In this document: in pieces, positions 48,740-60,908 of the stretch
How positions within the stretch are numbered: position 1 is the first letter of the stretch
How the letters are laid out: every line of letters begins with the position of its first letter
Source: Oopsacas minuta
Taxonomy: Eukaryota; Animalia; Porifera
Reading direction: 5' to 3'
Length of the DNA stretch: 64,000 nt
NCBI GenBank assembly: GCA_024704765.1
Contig: JAKMXF010000316.1
Coordinates: forward strand, 248,001-312,000
Made by a program: the position numbers and the translations under genes
The notes under the pieces: model-generated
What the model was told of the DNA's origin: nothing
The model's database searches: none
Seen by the model: only the letters and a program-made list of their open reading frames with translations

Positions 48740-51700
48740 TTCTAAACCAAGCAGATACGGCGGTTTTTTCAGCAAACCAATTCAGGACATCTTCATCAAA
48801 GGAAGCTTACTCCGTTTCAAGGCAATGAATGATCCTTCCATAGATGAGCTCGAAACAGGAACTGACGTAGCAATTGGGATCTCCGTGAGAATACGGAGAA
48901 ATTGAATCTTGTGTGGAGAAATGAATACGCAAAATCCCGCCTACCTTTTGGAATTTCTTCCTCTATCCTGAAAAGAAAATGTCCTTTAGTAATTCAATAT
49001 TCAAACATCCAATATAACTCCGCAAAACACACTATAGTGTCAACAAAATGACTTGGTTTTGGAGACATAAAAGAACTAATGACTTCCTGGAGGGAGAGAC
49101 ACCGTTCCGTTGTACACTATGCGGTTCTCATTATTCAGGAAGCGTCTTAACGAGTTCTTTCGCGAGTGAGCGGCACAGCTGCAGAAGAAATCGTAATTGC
49201 GCCTCAAAGTCACCAAAATACTCACAATGTTGCAGGATTGCAATTATGGGGAAACAGGTATTTACATACGCAAAATAGATAAGCTGCAGGTAGTAAATCG
49301 ATACAGTAGATTGAAAAAATCATTACTCTTAGCTCAGTAAATCTGGAAATGTGAACATGAAGTAACAGGTCATGTTTGTGCCAAATATTTATGGGTCAAT
49401 AATATAATAGAATAATAATTTTTGCTAAATGTAGAACAAACCCATTAACTAATTAAACTCGGGAGCGGCGAGCACATGCGGAATACGGGGAAATTCCCGC
49501 TGGGCCAGTTTGATTTGGAGTCCTAGTGTCTGCAGCAGACCCTAACAGGAGATCTTTGTTTGCAAATTTCCATGCGAGTCCTAGTGTTTGTTTCACCTAT
49601 ACCTGACAACCTTATCTCAAACATATCCCTTGACAAAAGGGTTGTGTCCCCTACAAAGTGGACATTTCCCGGACATTCGTAGAGAGTTCAAACCATAACT
49701 TCCCATCGATCCCTACGCTCGCTCATTATAATGGATGAGAGAACATGCATTGAAGACGGATGACAATGAGGAAATATTTGTGACATGTTCTGAATTATAG
49801 AATATGAACCTAGATTATGGATAGTGGTTATGCTAGAGAAGAATCCTAGCCGTCTAGGGGTCCTTTTCAGCAGGTATGATTACTATTTAGTGTGCCCCTA
49901 GGGCACTGAATGTTTTCTGAGAACAAATGGTTATGAAGGCATAACTTCTAACTCTTCTGTGGTGGTTTGCCAAAATTGAAGTAGTTGTGTTGCACCCTAT
50001 TCAAGTTAACCCTTTTCTAATTAAACCTCAGTGAAAACAGGCCCAGGAACAGAAGTAGAGGGCTCACCCCATGAACACTCCATAAACACCATTGCAAGTC
50101 TTCGTTTTCTATTTCTTGGACGCTGTACATTATTTTATTACACACGTTCCTAGCGTTCTTGAAGAAAAGTTTTTGTTCGCTCGCTACTCTAGCTCGTACT
50201 AATGTGTGATGATTATGCCAAAGTAAATATTGTCGAAACTCCATTTCTGCACATACCATTAAATGAGATCTATCCTCAAATAATTTCATTTTGTCAGGTC
50301 ACTGGACCGGAACCTAACGATGGCCATGTAGCATTTATGAGGACATTTTCTCGGGTTGCTACGAGACGCTTATCCGCCACTTATGAAACTACCATAAAAG
50401 GTGCATCAATAATTCATTATATTTTCGGTACTAGATAAATTTAATAAATGTAGAAAACTAATGATATCGATTAGTAATGGAGAAGTATTTTGACACAATT
50501 GTATTTAATCGAGTCTCAGAATACTGGGAATCTCGCGACTCTGACATGGGTAAAGTTCATTTTGAATAGCAAAATAACGGGAATGCATTAGGCAGATAGA
50601 GAGAAAGTTGTGGAGTTGCTGTGGATAAATGAACATGTCACAAACTATGAAGTGAGACTTTATTAAGTCCACTACAACAAGAGTAAGTGGTGGGAGTAAC
50701 TATGTAAATAAGTCGCATATGGTACTATCTCTTCAAACCGTTGCTGTACACCGCTGAGGTGACCACTCACAACTGCCACCCTGTCGCAATAGTGTGAACA
50801 ACAGCGCTGGGGTCAATACTTCTAGTAGGCAGAAGGTTGGGGAATGGTCCACCTAGCACAGCAGCATCCAGTACTTCGCACTCCTTGTAGCACAGGAAGG
50901 CCTCATGCATTCCGAAGTCCCTAAAGTACTTAAGAACGATCGACATTTGCTCCGGACGTGTCGCAAATTTTGTTCGCCATAAGAGAATATACTCCGACTT
51001 CGCCAACTTGGGTGATTATGAGCTGACGTACTAAAACACTGGCAAAAGACAAAATATCGTTCTGCATGTCATGATGTATGTATTTTGGGTTTCTTGGCCT
51101 ATATTCGAGACGTTTATGCACCACGCCATCATACACGCTATTCAATGAAATTACTGCGGTTGAGTGTGGGGTTATTTATTATTATTATTCGGTTTAGTGC
51201 TAGATTATCAACACCGAACTGCTCACGATGGCAACATAGAGCAATGGCCTGTAGTGCATAGAGGTTGACTGAGCGGATGATGCAGATTATGTAATCGCGG
51301 TTTGAGTCAATTTCTGTTTGTGCAACACTATGATGCTGCTGGTTACTGACAGTATAGCCGACAACTTTATTTTCTCGAATATTCCTCATGTCACAATAGA
51401 AGACTTGTGCGCGGATAGCTGGAATTGCGATCTTTCATCTTCATTTTCGGTGAACAAAGTCTTGCAATCTATTGGTTCGGTAAGCGTCATAATCTGCAAA
51501 AACTAAGTGACAACAAGCGTAAGAACATACTATTGGTCTTTGGACTATTTTCAACCCAGTTAAACGCTCATTACCGGTTTGGATTGAACTGGCAAACAGT
51601 GGTACCAACTGCACAAAATAAAAGCAACTTGGGTTGAGCTGGCTCCTCGTTTGCGCAGGAGGAAATATCCTCAAGTCCAGGAGCAAAGGTTCTATAGCAT

Positions 51701-51790
51701 TTGGAGGATGAAAGAGGAGTGTAGCTCAGTATAGGAATAACAAAGAATACGCGAATAAGAAAAAATGCCATTCATTAAATTATTAACCAT
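48740..51790 (-). pseudogene. ZMYM1-like hAT transposase, decayed, interrupted at 49488-50163
   Basis: Minus-strand motifs in order: DISS...PAQP, WVENS, QAIAL..HRE, MQNDI, GVYSLMA, EQMSIVLKY, HEAFL, SGVQQR, ETR. Dimerisation-like PVSSSSMEGSFIALKR at ~48830 (this distal part less certain). Confidence 0.7.
49488..50163. repeat. Left arm of a 676-bp near-perfect inverted duplication (decayed gypsy pol fragment)
   Basis: Reverse complement of 51793-52468 with only two mismatches seen. One frame gives stop-riddled MKA....WW...I and PM.TP.TP.Q, like a gypsy integrase zinc-binding region. Confidence 0.95.
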
Positions 51791-51792
51791 GG

Positions 51793-52468
51793 TTCAAGAA
51801 TGCTAGGAACGTGTGTAATAAAATAATGTACAGCGTCCAAGAAATAGAAAACGAAGACTTGCAATGGTGTTTATGGAGTGTTCATGGGGTGAGCCCTCTA
51901 CTTCTGTTCCTGGGCCTGTTTTCACTGAGGTTTAATTAGAAAAGGGTTAACTTGAATAGGGTGCAACACAACTACTTCAATTTTGGCAAACCACCACAGA
52001 AGAGTTAGAAGTTATGCCTTCATAACCATTTGTTCTCAGAAAACATTCAGTGCCCTAGGGGCACACTAAATAGTAATCATACCTGCTGAAAAGGACCCCT
52101 AGACGGCTAGGATTCTTCTCTAGCATAACCACTATCCATAATCTAGGTTCATATTCTATAATTCAGAACATGTCACAAATATTTCCTCATTGTCATCCGT
52201 CTTCAATGCATGTTCTCTCATCCATTATAATGAGCGAGCGTAGGGATCGATGGGAAGTTATGGTTTGAACTCTCTACGAATGTCCGGGAAATGTCCACTT
52301 TGTAGGGGACACAACCCTTTTGTCAAGGGATATGTTTGAGATAAGGTTGTCAGGTATAGGTGAAACAAACACTAGGACTCGCATGGAAATTTGCAAACAA
52401 AGATCTCCTGTTAGGGTCTGCTGCAGACACTAGGACTCCAAATCAAACTGGCCCAGCGGGAACTTCCC
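51793..52468. repeat. Right arm of the 676-bp inverted duplication
   Basis: TTCAAGAATGCTAGG...GCCCAGCGGGAACTTCCC; exact mirror of 49488-50163 apart from two substitutions. Confidence 0.95.
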
Positions 52469-52779
52469 TGTGTCCTGTAGGGCTAATCTGCCTCTGATAA
52501 TGAGCAAGCATCTTAGTTGGTAAATTATACAAGTGTCAAACCATAGATCTCCCTAGGCCATTTTTGCGTGGCGCGAGGCCAAACATTATTGACAGTAGGT
52601 GAATTCCCCATACAACCAACTTTATTCCACTCATAGAGTTTGCGAAATCCTTAGGAGCCGAATACTCTAATGATACAAATTGAGTTGGCCCAGTGAAAAT
52701 GATCACTATAGTTCAGGACGTTTGAAACAAGAGATTATCAATCTCTAAGGAAACGGTTTCTTTTAATACCACCAATCAC

Positions 52780-53050
52780 CAAAAATCTTCAATGTTTTTG
52801 CTCCATGCAATGATGAAACGATTGATGTTTCCGTTTTCAAACAATGCATTATTTACGATCGATACATTACAGATGGTGAAGTGCAAACAATTACAAAAGT
52901 CATTGACTTCCCAGATGGTAGAGCTTATACAATTACAGATGCAATAGAACTATATTGTGTGGAGATAGGCATAAATATGAAGGCCAAACTATCTGGTCTT
53001 GGGAGTAATGGTGATGGGCCCAATGAAGTGGAGTATCGCCTGAGTTTTTC
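52780..53050 (+). pseudogene. ZNF862-like hAT transposase fragment
   Basis: DETIDVS, DFPDGRAYTITDAI, LSGLGSNG (GSDG-like). Confidence 0.65.
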
Positions 53051-55972
53051 GCACTTTTGGAAAGTGACACTATCTTTTTAGCCAACTTTGTGTAAAAATA
53101 AATTTCTAATATAATTCAAACAGAATGAAAATAACTTTTCAACAAATTTAAAGAAAAATGTCCAAAATAGCCCGTTTATTGGGAATAATCGGCTAAAGAC
53201 CGATTTATTAATAAATTTCTCTGAAAATACGTAGCAGAGACATTCTCAGTTAAATCAACAGAAATTTTTTCATGAAATAGAATATATAGACAAGTTTTTA
53301 ACTGGTCAAATGATTTTATGGGATTTGGAGGGATATAATGGAACTCGCCGCATATTGGACAAATTGGGTGCCCACAGTATGTGTCTAAACATCTCTTGCC
53401 ATAGAAGGTAATCCTAAATTCTTCCTGGGTATAGGGCGCCCGACAACTCAGGAAACCCACCGTGGCACTGGCCCAGGGTATTATCCAGGCGTATGCGACG
53501 GCTTACAGGCGCATAAATTTAGGAAATTATATGACTAGGCGTATGGAATGAAACAGAATCCATTTCTAGGCGTATGGTCTGAGAAAATGGATGAAAGCCA
53601 GCACTGGCCACATATTTACTTATATGTATATGTATAAGATAAAAATAATTCAACTTTTCTAAATTTATTGTGCAATTCAAAATGGCAGAATTTTCAAGTA
53701 GGAGAAATTGAGTTAATTTGTCGGGTAGGCTTTCGGAAATTTGATTCAAATAAATTGAGACCAAACAATGAATTGATCGTAAATGTTGTTAGGCAATCTA
53801 TATTTAATTGACACAGATGAGGAAACGAAGTAGTCATTTCTCCGAAACAGTAATGTAGAAGGTTGTGTCAAGTAACTCCTCGTCATGCTGAAAATCCTTA
53901 TTGGTAATAGCTCCCAGTTCTTTGCGTAATAGAAACCGATATTGCCTAATTAATAAAACATATCATGTCAGCTATGCATGATCTAAGAGGGAAATATTGG
54001 GCGTCCAAAAGTGAGAATGTAACTCAAATTGAGGAATGTATCGATATATCTGAAACTGATTTCAAACATCAAAACGCACAGATAAATTCGTTATAGACTA
54101 AGAGATTTGCCTGAGAAATGTTCAAAATGGTTTAGCTTGACCATTATTGGTCATTCTTGTACACCATTCAATACGGCCTAGAATGTTCTAATATTCTTTA
54201 AAGAGAAAATATAACTGACAAATTGTTGAAAGTTTTCTGCGTGAACGGGCTGGGAATCCAATTCAGCAGAAATAAAGGAGGGGAATCTGCGCATGAGGTT
54301 ATTAAATGGGCATTATGGGGCAGAGAAATCCAAAACATAGACGAAATGAAGTTATTGAATTGAAGCATGATCTAGCTATTATCGGACTGTTAAGTTGTTA
54401 GTCGAACCTACCTAATAATGAAATATCATCTCTCAATATCGCAAAACTTAGCATGCTAGTTGCAGCATCTAATGCTTCAAAAAAAACCTCACAATTAGGA
54501 ACAAATATGTAAACTTATTCCAGAACTTAATTTAGAGCATCCAATAAATATATTTACATCTCCCTTGAAAGAGTTCAGTATGGCATGTTGAATAAAGGGT
54601 GGAAATGCTAATTATTCATGCCCGATCGTGCATATTTTCGTCGATTAGAAGAAGCTGGATTTCCAAGAACAATCATTATGAGGAGATTTTCAGAATTCTA
54701 CAATCAAAGAATTTTTGGAATTGTGCAACGACAACAATGTCATGGAGTACGCATGCCTCCAAAATGTTGAAATTTAATAATCGCCTAAAAGCCTTTCCAA
54801 TTGCAGTTGTAGATGTTCAGCTAAGTTTTGAGAGAGGAACTATTTGATCGAATCGCTAGAGCAGTGTTAGGAGAGTCACAGTATTAATCTTTTCAACTTG
54901 TAATTATTTAACCTCTGATTGGTTCGCCATTCAATTTCACGCAGGTGGATAAATAAAGTCCAAAGCTCATCGATAATTATATGAACACTGATCTAAACAA
55001 TTACCCACCTATCAAACCGTCACCTGTTCTGAGAGTGGATCAAATCTAATTCAACAAGCAATTAGTAAAACCATTGAGAGTGAAGGAAAGAATGATACGG
55101 GTAGTTTCAGAAGCAGCATAATCTCATGTGAAAGAAACTAAAAATTGCAAACAAAAAATATATTAATGAAAATGATATCATGAATTTGAAATCAATGAAT
55201 TCAAAAATCAACAGCAAAAATTCATTGTTACTTGTGCGTCTCGAAGAATTCCTGGATCATGTAAACTGCAATCAAAAACTGCCTTTGAGTTGGGTTTGTC
55301 TGAGAGCAAGTTTTCGAAAGTAACCATGAGAATTTTGCTAAATACTCTTTCAATTTCCACGGAGAATGTATATTACTACGTGCTATTATAGCTTATAAAG
55401 CTGAACATTGTAACTTGATTAAAAGAGACATATATAGAAAAACAGTACATATTAGAATCATGAAAAATAAAAGATAGAGATTGCGTATAGTATATTCGTA
55501 TATGGTAGCATGTGATTACAGTGTACAATTTTGTAAATTAATGAAACAAAGTGAATCAGCTAGGCAAATAGCAACCATTCAGGATACCAATGTTGCTAAT
55601 CCCTGCAAAAATCAGCAATAATGTTCCTGAAACAGAGTATACACTTGGTTCAGATACAAGAACCTGTAGTAATATAACCTTATATCTACCGTGTATAAAT
55701 AACAAGGAAGCGGATCTCATATTTAGTCAACTAGATGAAACAGGTTGAGTACCCCAGAGTATGCATCATCACAAAATGTAGCTCAGAGATGGAACCTGCC
55801 AACGACAATCGCTGATATTTGATTGCAATAAATACAAACCTTCAGAAGAAAATATATAAAGAGTTTAAAAAATTTGCAGTTCTCAATACGTACAAGATTG
55901 TAACAGAGTAGGTTCACCATTCATTAAGCTAATCATGTCATTGGCCTACATAGATTATGTAAGCTCAAATTA

Positions 55973-58266
55973 CACAGCCCTGCGGAAAAAAAAATTTTAT
56001 TTGCTGATTGTTATTGCAAAACATTTTCTAATCCACATTTTAATACTGATTTTGAATAATTTTGTAAAATATACGTATCACGTCTAGTTTTTTTGCAAAA
56101 TTATTTTTAAATATTGGTATATTTATCGATGAATGCATGATACCTCACAAGTAAAATAGTGAAAATCTGCCATTTGTAAATTTTTATTGATAATATAATC
56201 TTAGTTAATAAATAATTTGAATATATTAGTCTGAATCAGGAGTAAATTTCCGTTTTTTTGACATTCTAGCATGAATAACATCAATATAATCTCTCTTGAG
56301 GCACCAGCAGTAATCAGCCATCATATGAACGTCCCACCTCCCCTGATATCGTGTTTCCATTGTTTTTATGTCTTGGTGGAATCGTTCACCTTGCTCCTCG
56401 GAAACAGCTCCAAGATTCTCTGGAAAATAGTCAATATGACTGTGAAGAAAGTGAACTTTTACACTCATATTGCAGCCGAGATTCTTGTAAGATTCAATCA
56501 ACTCATTCACAAGTATTTTATAATTAGGAGATTTCGTATTTCCCAAGAAGTTTTTCATGACATCTACAAATGCATTCCATGCACATTTTTCTTTGCATAT
56601 CATAGAATTTGAAAAATTATCATCTCAAACAAGTTGTCTTATCTGAGGACCGTCGAATATACCGGCTTTTCTTTTTTCATCACTTAGGTAGTAAAACTTC
56701 TCGGTAATATATTTGAAACAATTTCCTTCTTTATCTAATGCCCTTACAAACTGTTTCATCAATCCTAATTTTATATGAAGTGGTGGAAGCAAAATCTTGA
56801 GAGGATCCACTAGAGGCTCGTGAATAATGTTCTTATCTCCAACATTAAGATTGGTTCTAGCTGGCCAGCTCTGTCTAGAATAGTGTTCGCTCTTTGCACG
56901 ACTGTCCCATAAGCATAAAAAACAAGGGTATTTTGTATATCCTGATTGCTGTCCCAAAAGAATGCATATGATTTTTAAGTCACCACAGATTACCCAATTG
57001 TGCTGGTTATAATTAATTTTATGAAGCACAATTTTCATGTTATCATATCGTTCCTTTAAACTTACTGAATGTCCAATTGGTATGGAACTAAATTTGTTGC
57101 CATTATGAAGTAGAACACATTTCAAACTTTGTTTTGAACTATCAATAAAGAGTCTCCAATCATTGGGTACATACGGACATCCAAGAGCATTAACTAGCGG
57201 TGAAACATCATGACAAAACAGAAATCCCTCTTCCATTATGAAATATTTCCAAAATTCGATCTCTCTGTTCCTATATGAGTGAAATTTTGTTTCTGGGAGA
57301 AGCAAGTTTTTTTCTTTTAGCCTAGAACCTAACAACTCCGCAGATTCTTTAGGTAAATCTAAATCACGTACCAAATCATTTAATTCAGATTGATTAAATA
57401 ACTGTGGAGAATTAGAACGAGATAATACACACGGAATAAAATCCTCATCTTCTCTAATTAATGAATCTCTAGTTTCACAATCATCAATTTCCGAGATAAC
57501 ATCCAAATTAGTAAATTTTGGAACAGGTACATCAATAGAATGGAGAACGGGTCGTATTGCTGAATGTAAATTTGGATACTTGATCAATGACTTGGTTTTA
57601 GCATTGAATCCGGAAATATTCGCCATACAAAAGTAACAATCGCTAATGTGATTTTGTGGCTCTCTCCATATCATTGGAATTCCAAATCTTAAACTCTTTC
57701 TGATTCCTTTTGTCCATTGTCTCAAATTTTCTACACAAGATCGGCACACTTTATGTGGAGCCCATGTTTTGTCTTGATCACCTAATCTCATTCCAAAATA
57801 TCCTAAATATGCTTTTTTAACAAATCCTGTTATTGCCGTAGTTTGTTTAGAAGTCATAAAACTCCCACAAATATAACAAAAGACGTCTGGATCATTACTG
57901 CACCTTCTCCGATAAGCCATATGATAATAAAATATCAAAATAGTAGACTATAGTACAATAAAGCTGTATATAACAAAAATAAAAATAAAAAAATTATGTA
58001 GAAAAGAATGGAGTTAAAGGGACTAATTAGAAAATGCAATAAAGCACGCATCTGTTTATTTCAAAAGACAAAAATTCACACAAGTATCAAATATAATCAT
58101 TTATTCTAGGGAAGTGTACTTAAAAAAATCGACTTACATTAAAATGACATTTGAGTAAAAACGAGACGTGATAGGGGAATTCTGATGACAGATTGAGAAT
58201 CAGCATACTCAAGTTAACTAAAAACAACCCATGGATAATAATCAGCAAATTTGACGCAGGGCAGTG
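55973..58266 (-). mobile_element. Chapaev3 (CMC) transposon, full length
   Basis: Termini CACAGCCCTGCG / CACTGCCCTGCG with longer imperfect TIR; 3-bp TTA TSD (55970-72, 58267-69); 2294 bp. Confidence 0.88.
56226..57920 (-). pseudogene. Chapaev3 transposase, ~564 codons, interrupted by one in-frame TGA at 56625-56627
   Basis: The two track ORFs are in the same frame, separated by TGA plus 7 codons. Motifs CYICG, CRSC, DCYFC, FIDSS, CGDLK, PCFLC, PPLHIKLG, HFLHSH, SEEQGERFHQD, ADYCW. Confidence 0.93.
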
Positions 58267-58671
58267 TTATACAATGATAGAATAAAGAAGGATCAGTATG
58301 TAACAACAGCGTTCCTGAACGTCCATCATATTTGGAAAACATGGCCCATTGAAATTGGGTATCAAAAGATGTATTATTGTTTGTGATATTCAATGTGAAG
58401 ATTCCAAAATATATATCTTGCAGAAAATCGAAACTAATCCGTTACATAATAATAATGCAAATAATATTTTCTCCATGGTAAGAATCGAGAAGATCACATT
58501 TATAGTTTTTCCATATTATTCTATCAATCTTTAGGAAATTCATAAGTCAACAACCCAAAATATAGTAGCCCTACGTAGATTTGGGCCTAGGGCTTTTTCC
58601 TGTTAAACTCCAACAATAGAGCTACCAGAAAAATGAGAATTTGCTTATGTTGAAATTTGTTTAAAGTTTAC

Positions 58672-59041
58672 CCCAATATTTAATAATTTTTCCTGCACTA
58701 ATACCTCATTTGAAAAGTTAAAGTGAGTAAGATCACATAAATTATTAGTGTGAACGAATATTTGACATTCTCTTAGCAAATCATCAGAAACTGTTTTGGA
58801 TAGTTCCAACATGACATCTAGGAGCTTACAAACATCTTCTCTCTTGCCGCACTCTAGTAAACATAAGATGAGTTGCTGTAAAATTAGTATCCTCCATTCG
58901 GAGTCTGCTTCTTGGCAAGTGTCAAGAACCTTAGAAATAGACAGTAGAGGTTTGAGAAAATATTTACGAGTTGTATGACGTAAAAATGGTCGAGAAGCAA
59001 ACATGAAGTCAACAGATGTATTGAATACAAGAAATTGATAT
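58672..59041 (-). CDS. CFAP46: CFAP46-like exon (370 nt)
   Basis: Acceptor TTACTTTTAG|ATATCAA. YQFLVFNTSV....RPFL.......L..I..VL...QEADSEWR....QL..C..E.GK.E matches recalled human YYFLVYNASV....RPFL.......LSQI..VL...EEEDKEWR....EL..C...AGRKEE. Donor GGG|GTAAAC is the most likely. Confidence 0.82.
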
Positions 59042-59354
59042 CTAAAAGTAATGAATAATGAAAAAATTAGAAGATAAGAACAAATGTCAGCCAACAAATT
59101 GAAATGCAGGTCGAGCTTCAAGGGATGTTTGTTACAAATGAACAAAATTTATAAGAAACAATATAGTGAAAATATGACCATAATGTACATATAGATTTCC
59201 AAATAGTCAATTTTCGTACTAGATTACCCGTGACAAACAGTTGAAACGAAATTTCTATTGTCATCCTGAATTATATATGCATAAGGTGTGAAAAATGATC
59301 AATCTTATGATAACTAAATCGTAATGAATATATATATATATATATATATATATA

Positions 59355-60650
59355 CAGGGTTAGGAATAAGTCCTGCAACAAGTATAAACTAGCATATTTC
59401 TTACCTTACTATAATAGTAGTTGAAATTCGTAATGAATGAGTGAATATAAATACTAAGGATACGAAATTAACCTAGCTCTTCGAATGTATTGCCCTTTGC
59501 TACGATACATAGGCTCAATCGCTTAGAGAAATTAACGGCAGCAGCACGCAACACATCCTCACTGATTAAATCCCACACTCTTCTCAAGGAAGACTTCGGA
59601 CTATCGACATTCTTGTGAGGCTTTGCACATACCCTGGACTCTAAGATGGACCATATACAGAAATCCATATGGTTTAGATCTGGAAAAGAGGCCGGCGATT
59701 CTTCAGTTGATTTAAATTCCGGGAAATTGAATTTCAACCACTCAGATGTCATTTTGGCTATATGGAAGGGGGTGGAATCTTGCTGGAACACCCAATGCGC
59801 GCCATTGAAGTGCTCACCGGCCCAAGGCTTCAATGCGTTCTCTAAAATGCACTCTACATACACCTCTTTGTTAATTTTCACCCCTTTGTCAATGAACACC
59901 AGAGGTGTCCGACCATCAGAGGTAATAGCTCCCCAAACCATGACCGATGGAAGTTTCTGAGTTGTTTTGGATGCGCATATTGATGACGATGTAGACTTTT
60001 GATCTGGAGCAAGAATTCGACTGTTTTGGCGATTATATGTCATTTCTATGGTAAAAATCTTCTCATCGGAGAAGACAATACTCCGGTGCGTGCCACCAGT
60101 GAACCTTTTTCTCAAAATCAGACATTTTTCATACCTACGCCTCTAATTCACCTCAGAAAGTAACTGTACTTCTCGAAATTTGTAGCATTTCAAGTTAAAT
60201 CCTTTATTACTATCCTCCCCATACTTCTGGTTGAAATATTGAAGTCTATTGCTATGCATTGATGCTTCTGACAGGATTCTTCCCGACCCTCTCCCGGACG
60301 AGCTTCCTAACAGTAGGAGTACGAACAGAACGAGGCCTACCTTTTCTGAACCTGTCTTGGGTGCTGCCAGTGCCCTGTAACGTTTGATTGTACGGTAGAC
60401 TATTCATCGGTTTATGGACAGTATTTTTGATATTACGGAAGCTGACTTGCCTTCATTATGATACCAGATTATCAATGACCGTTTTGCTTCTTTGTCCATA
60501 AATCAAAAAATTTTTCTAGGAGGAATCAATATTCGAAATATGGTGTAAAAAGATATTGAAGATAATATATGATAAATAAATATTCATCTAAAACCATTCG
60601 CAGAACCTCTAGCTGAATTTAAATTTATTGCAAAACTTATGCTAACCCTG
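59355..60650 (-). mobile_element. maT (DD37D) Tc1/mariner transposon, defective
   Basis: TIRs CAGGGTTAG(G/C)ATAAGT..TGCAA, TA flanks. ORF 59468-60115 has FSDEK, FQQDS and PDLNHMD with 37 residues between the second and third Asp; N-terminus frameshifted. Confidence 0.93.
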
Positions 60651-60652
60651 TA

Positions 60653-60828
60653 CAGTGGAACCTCGAGAACTGGGGCACCTCCTGAAATGCGGCAGTTGGC
60701 ACGAAATTTTGACATTTTGACTCCGTTCCTAACATATTACCCTCGCGGAGTGGGCGCTTTGTTTTGATAATTTTTTTTGTTTTTATGCTCTCTCTCTGTT
60801 TCTGTGATTGTGTGTGATTGTATGTGAG

Positions 60829-60908
<80 letters not shown>

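Noticed and set aside
49488-52468. 676-bp arms as TIRs of a Polinton, Academ or DIRS element
   Set aside because: No TSD and no characteristic termini; the arms are decayed gypsy pol sequence and the loop is part of a hAT that continues outside the left arm.
56625-56627. In-frame TGA as selenocysteine or alternative genetic code
   Set aside because: Single occurrence at a non-catalytic R/K-type position; other elements here have TAG/TAA stops and frameshifts. An ordinary nonsense mutation or sequencing error is simpler.
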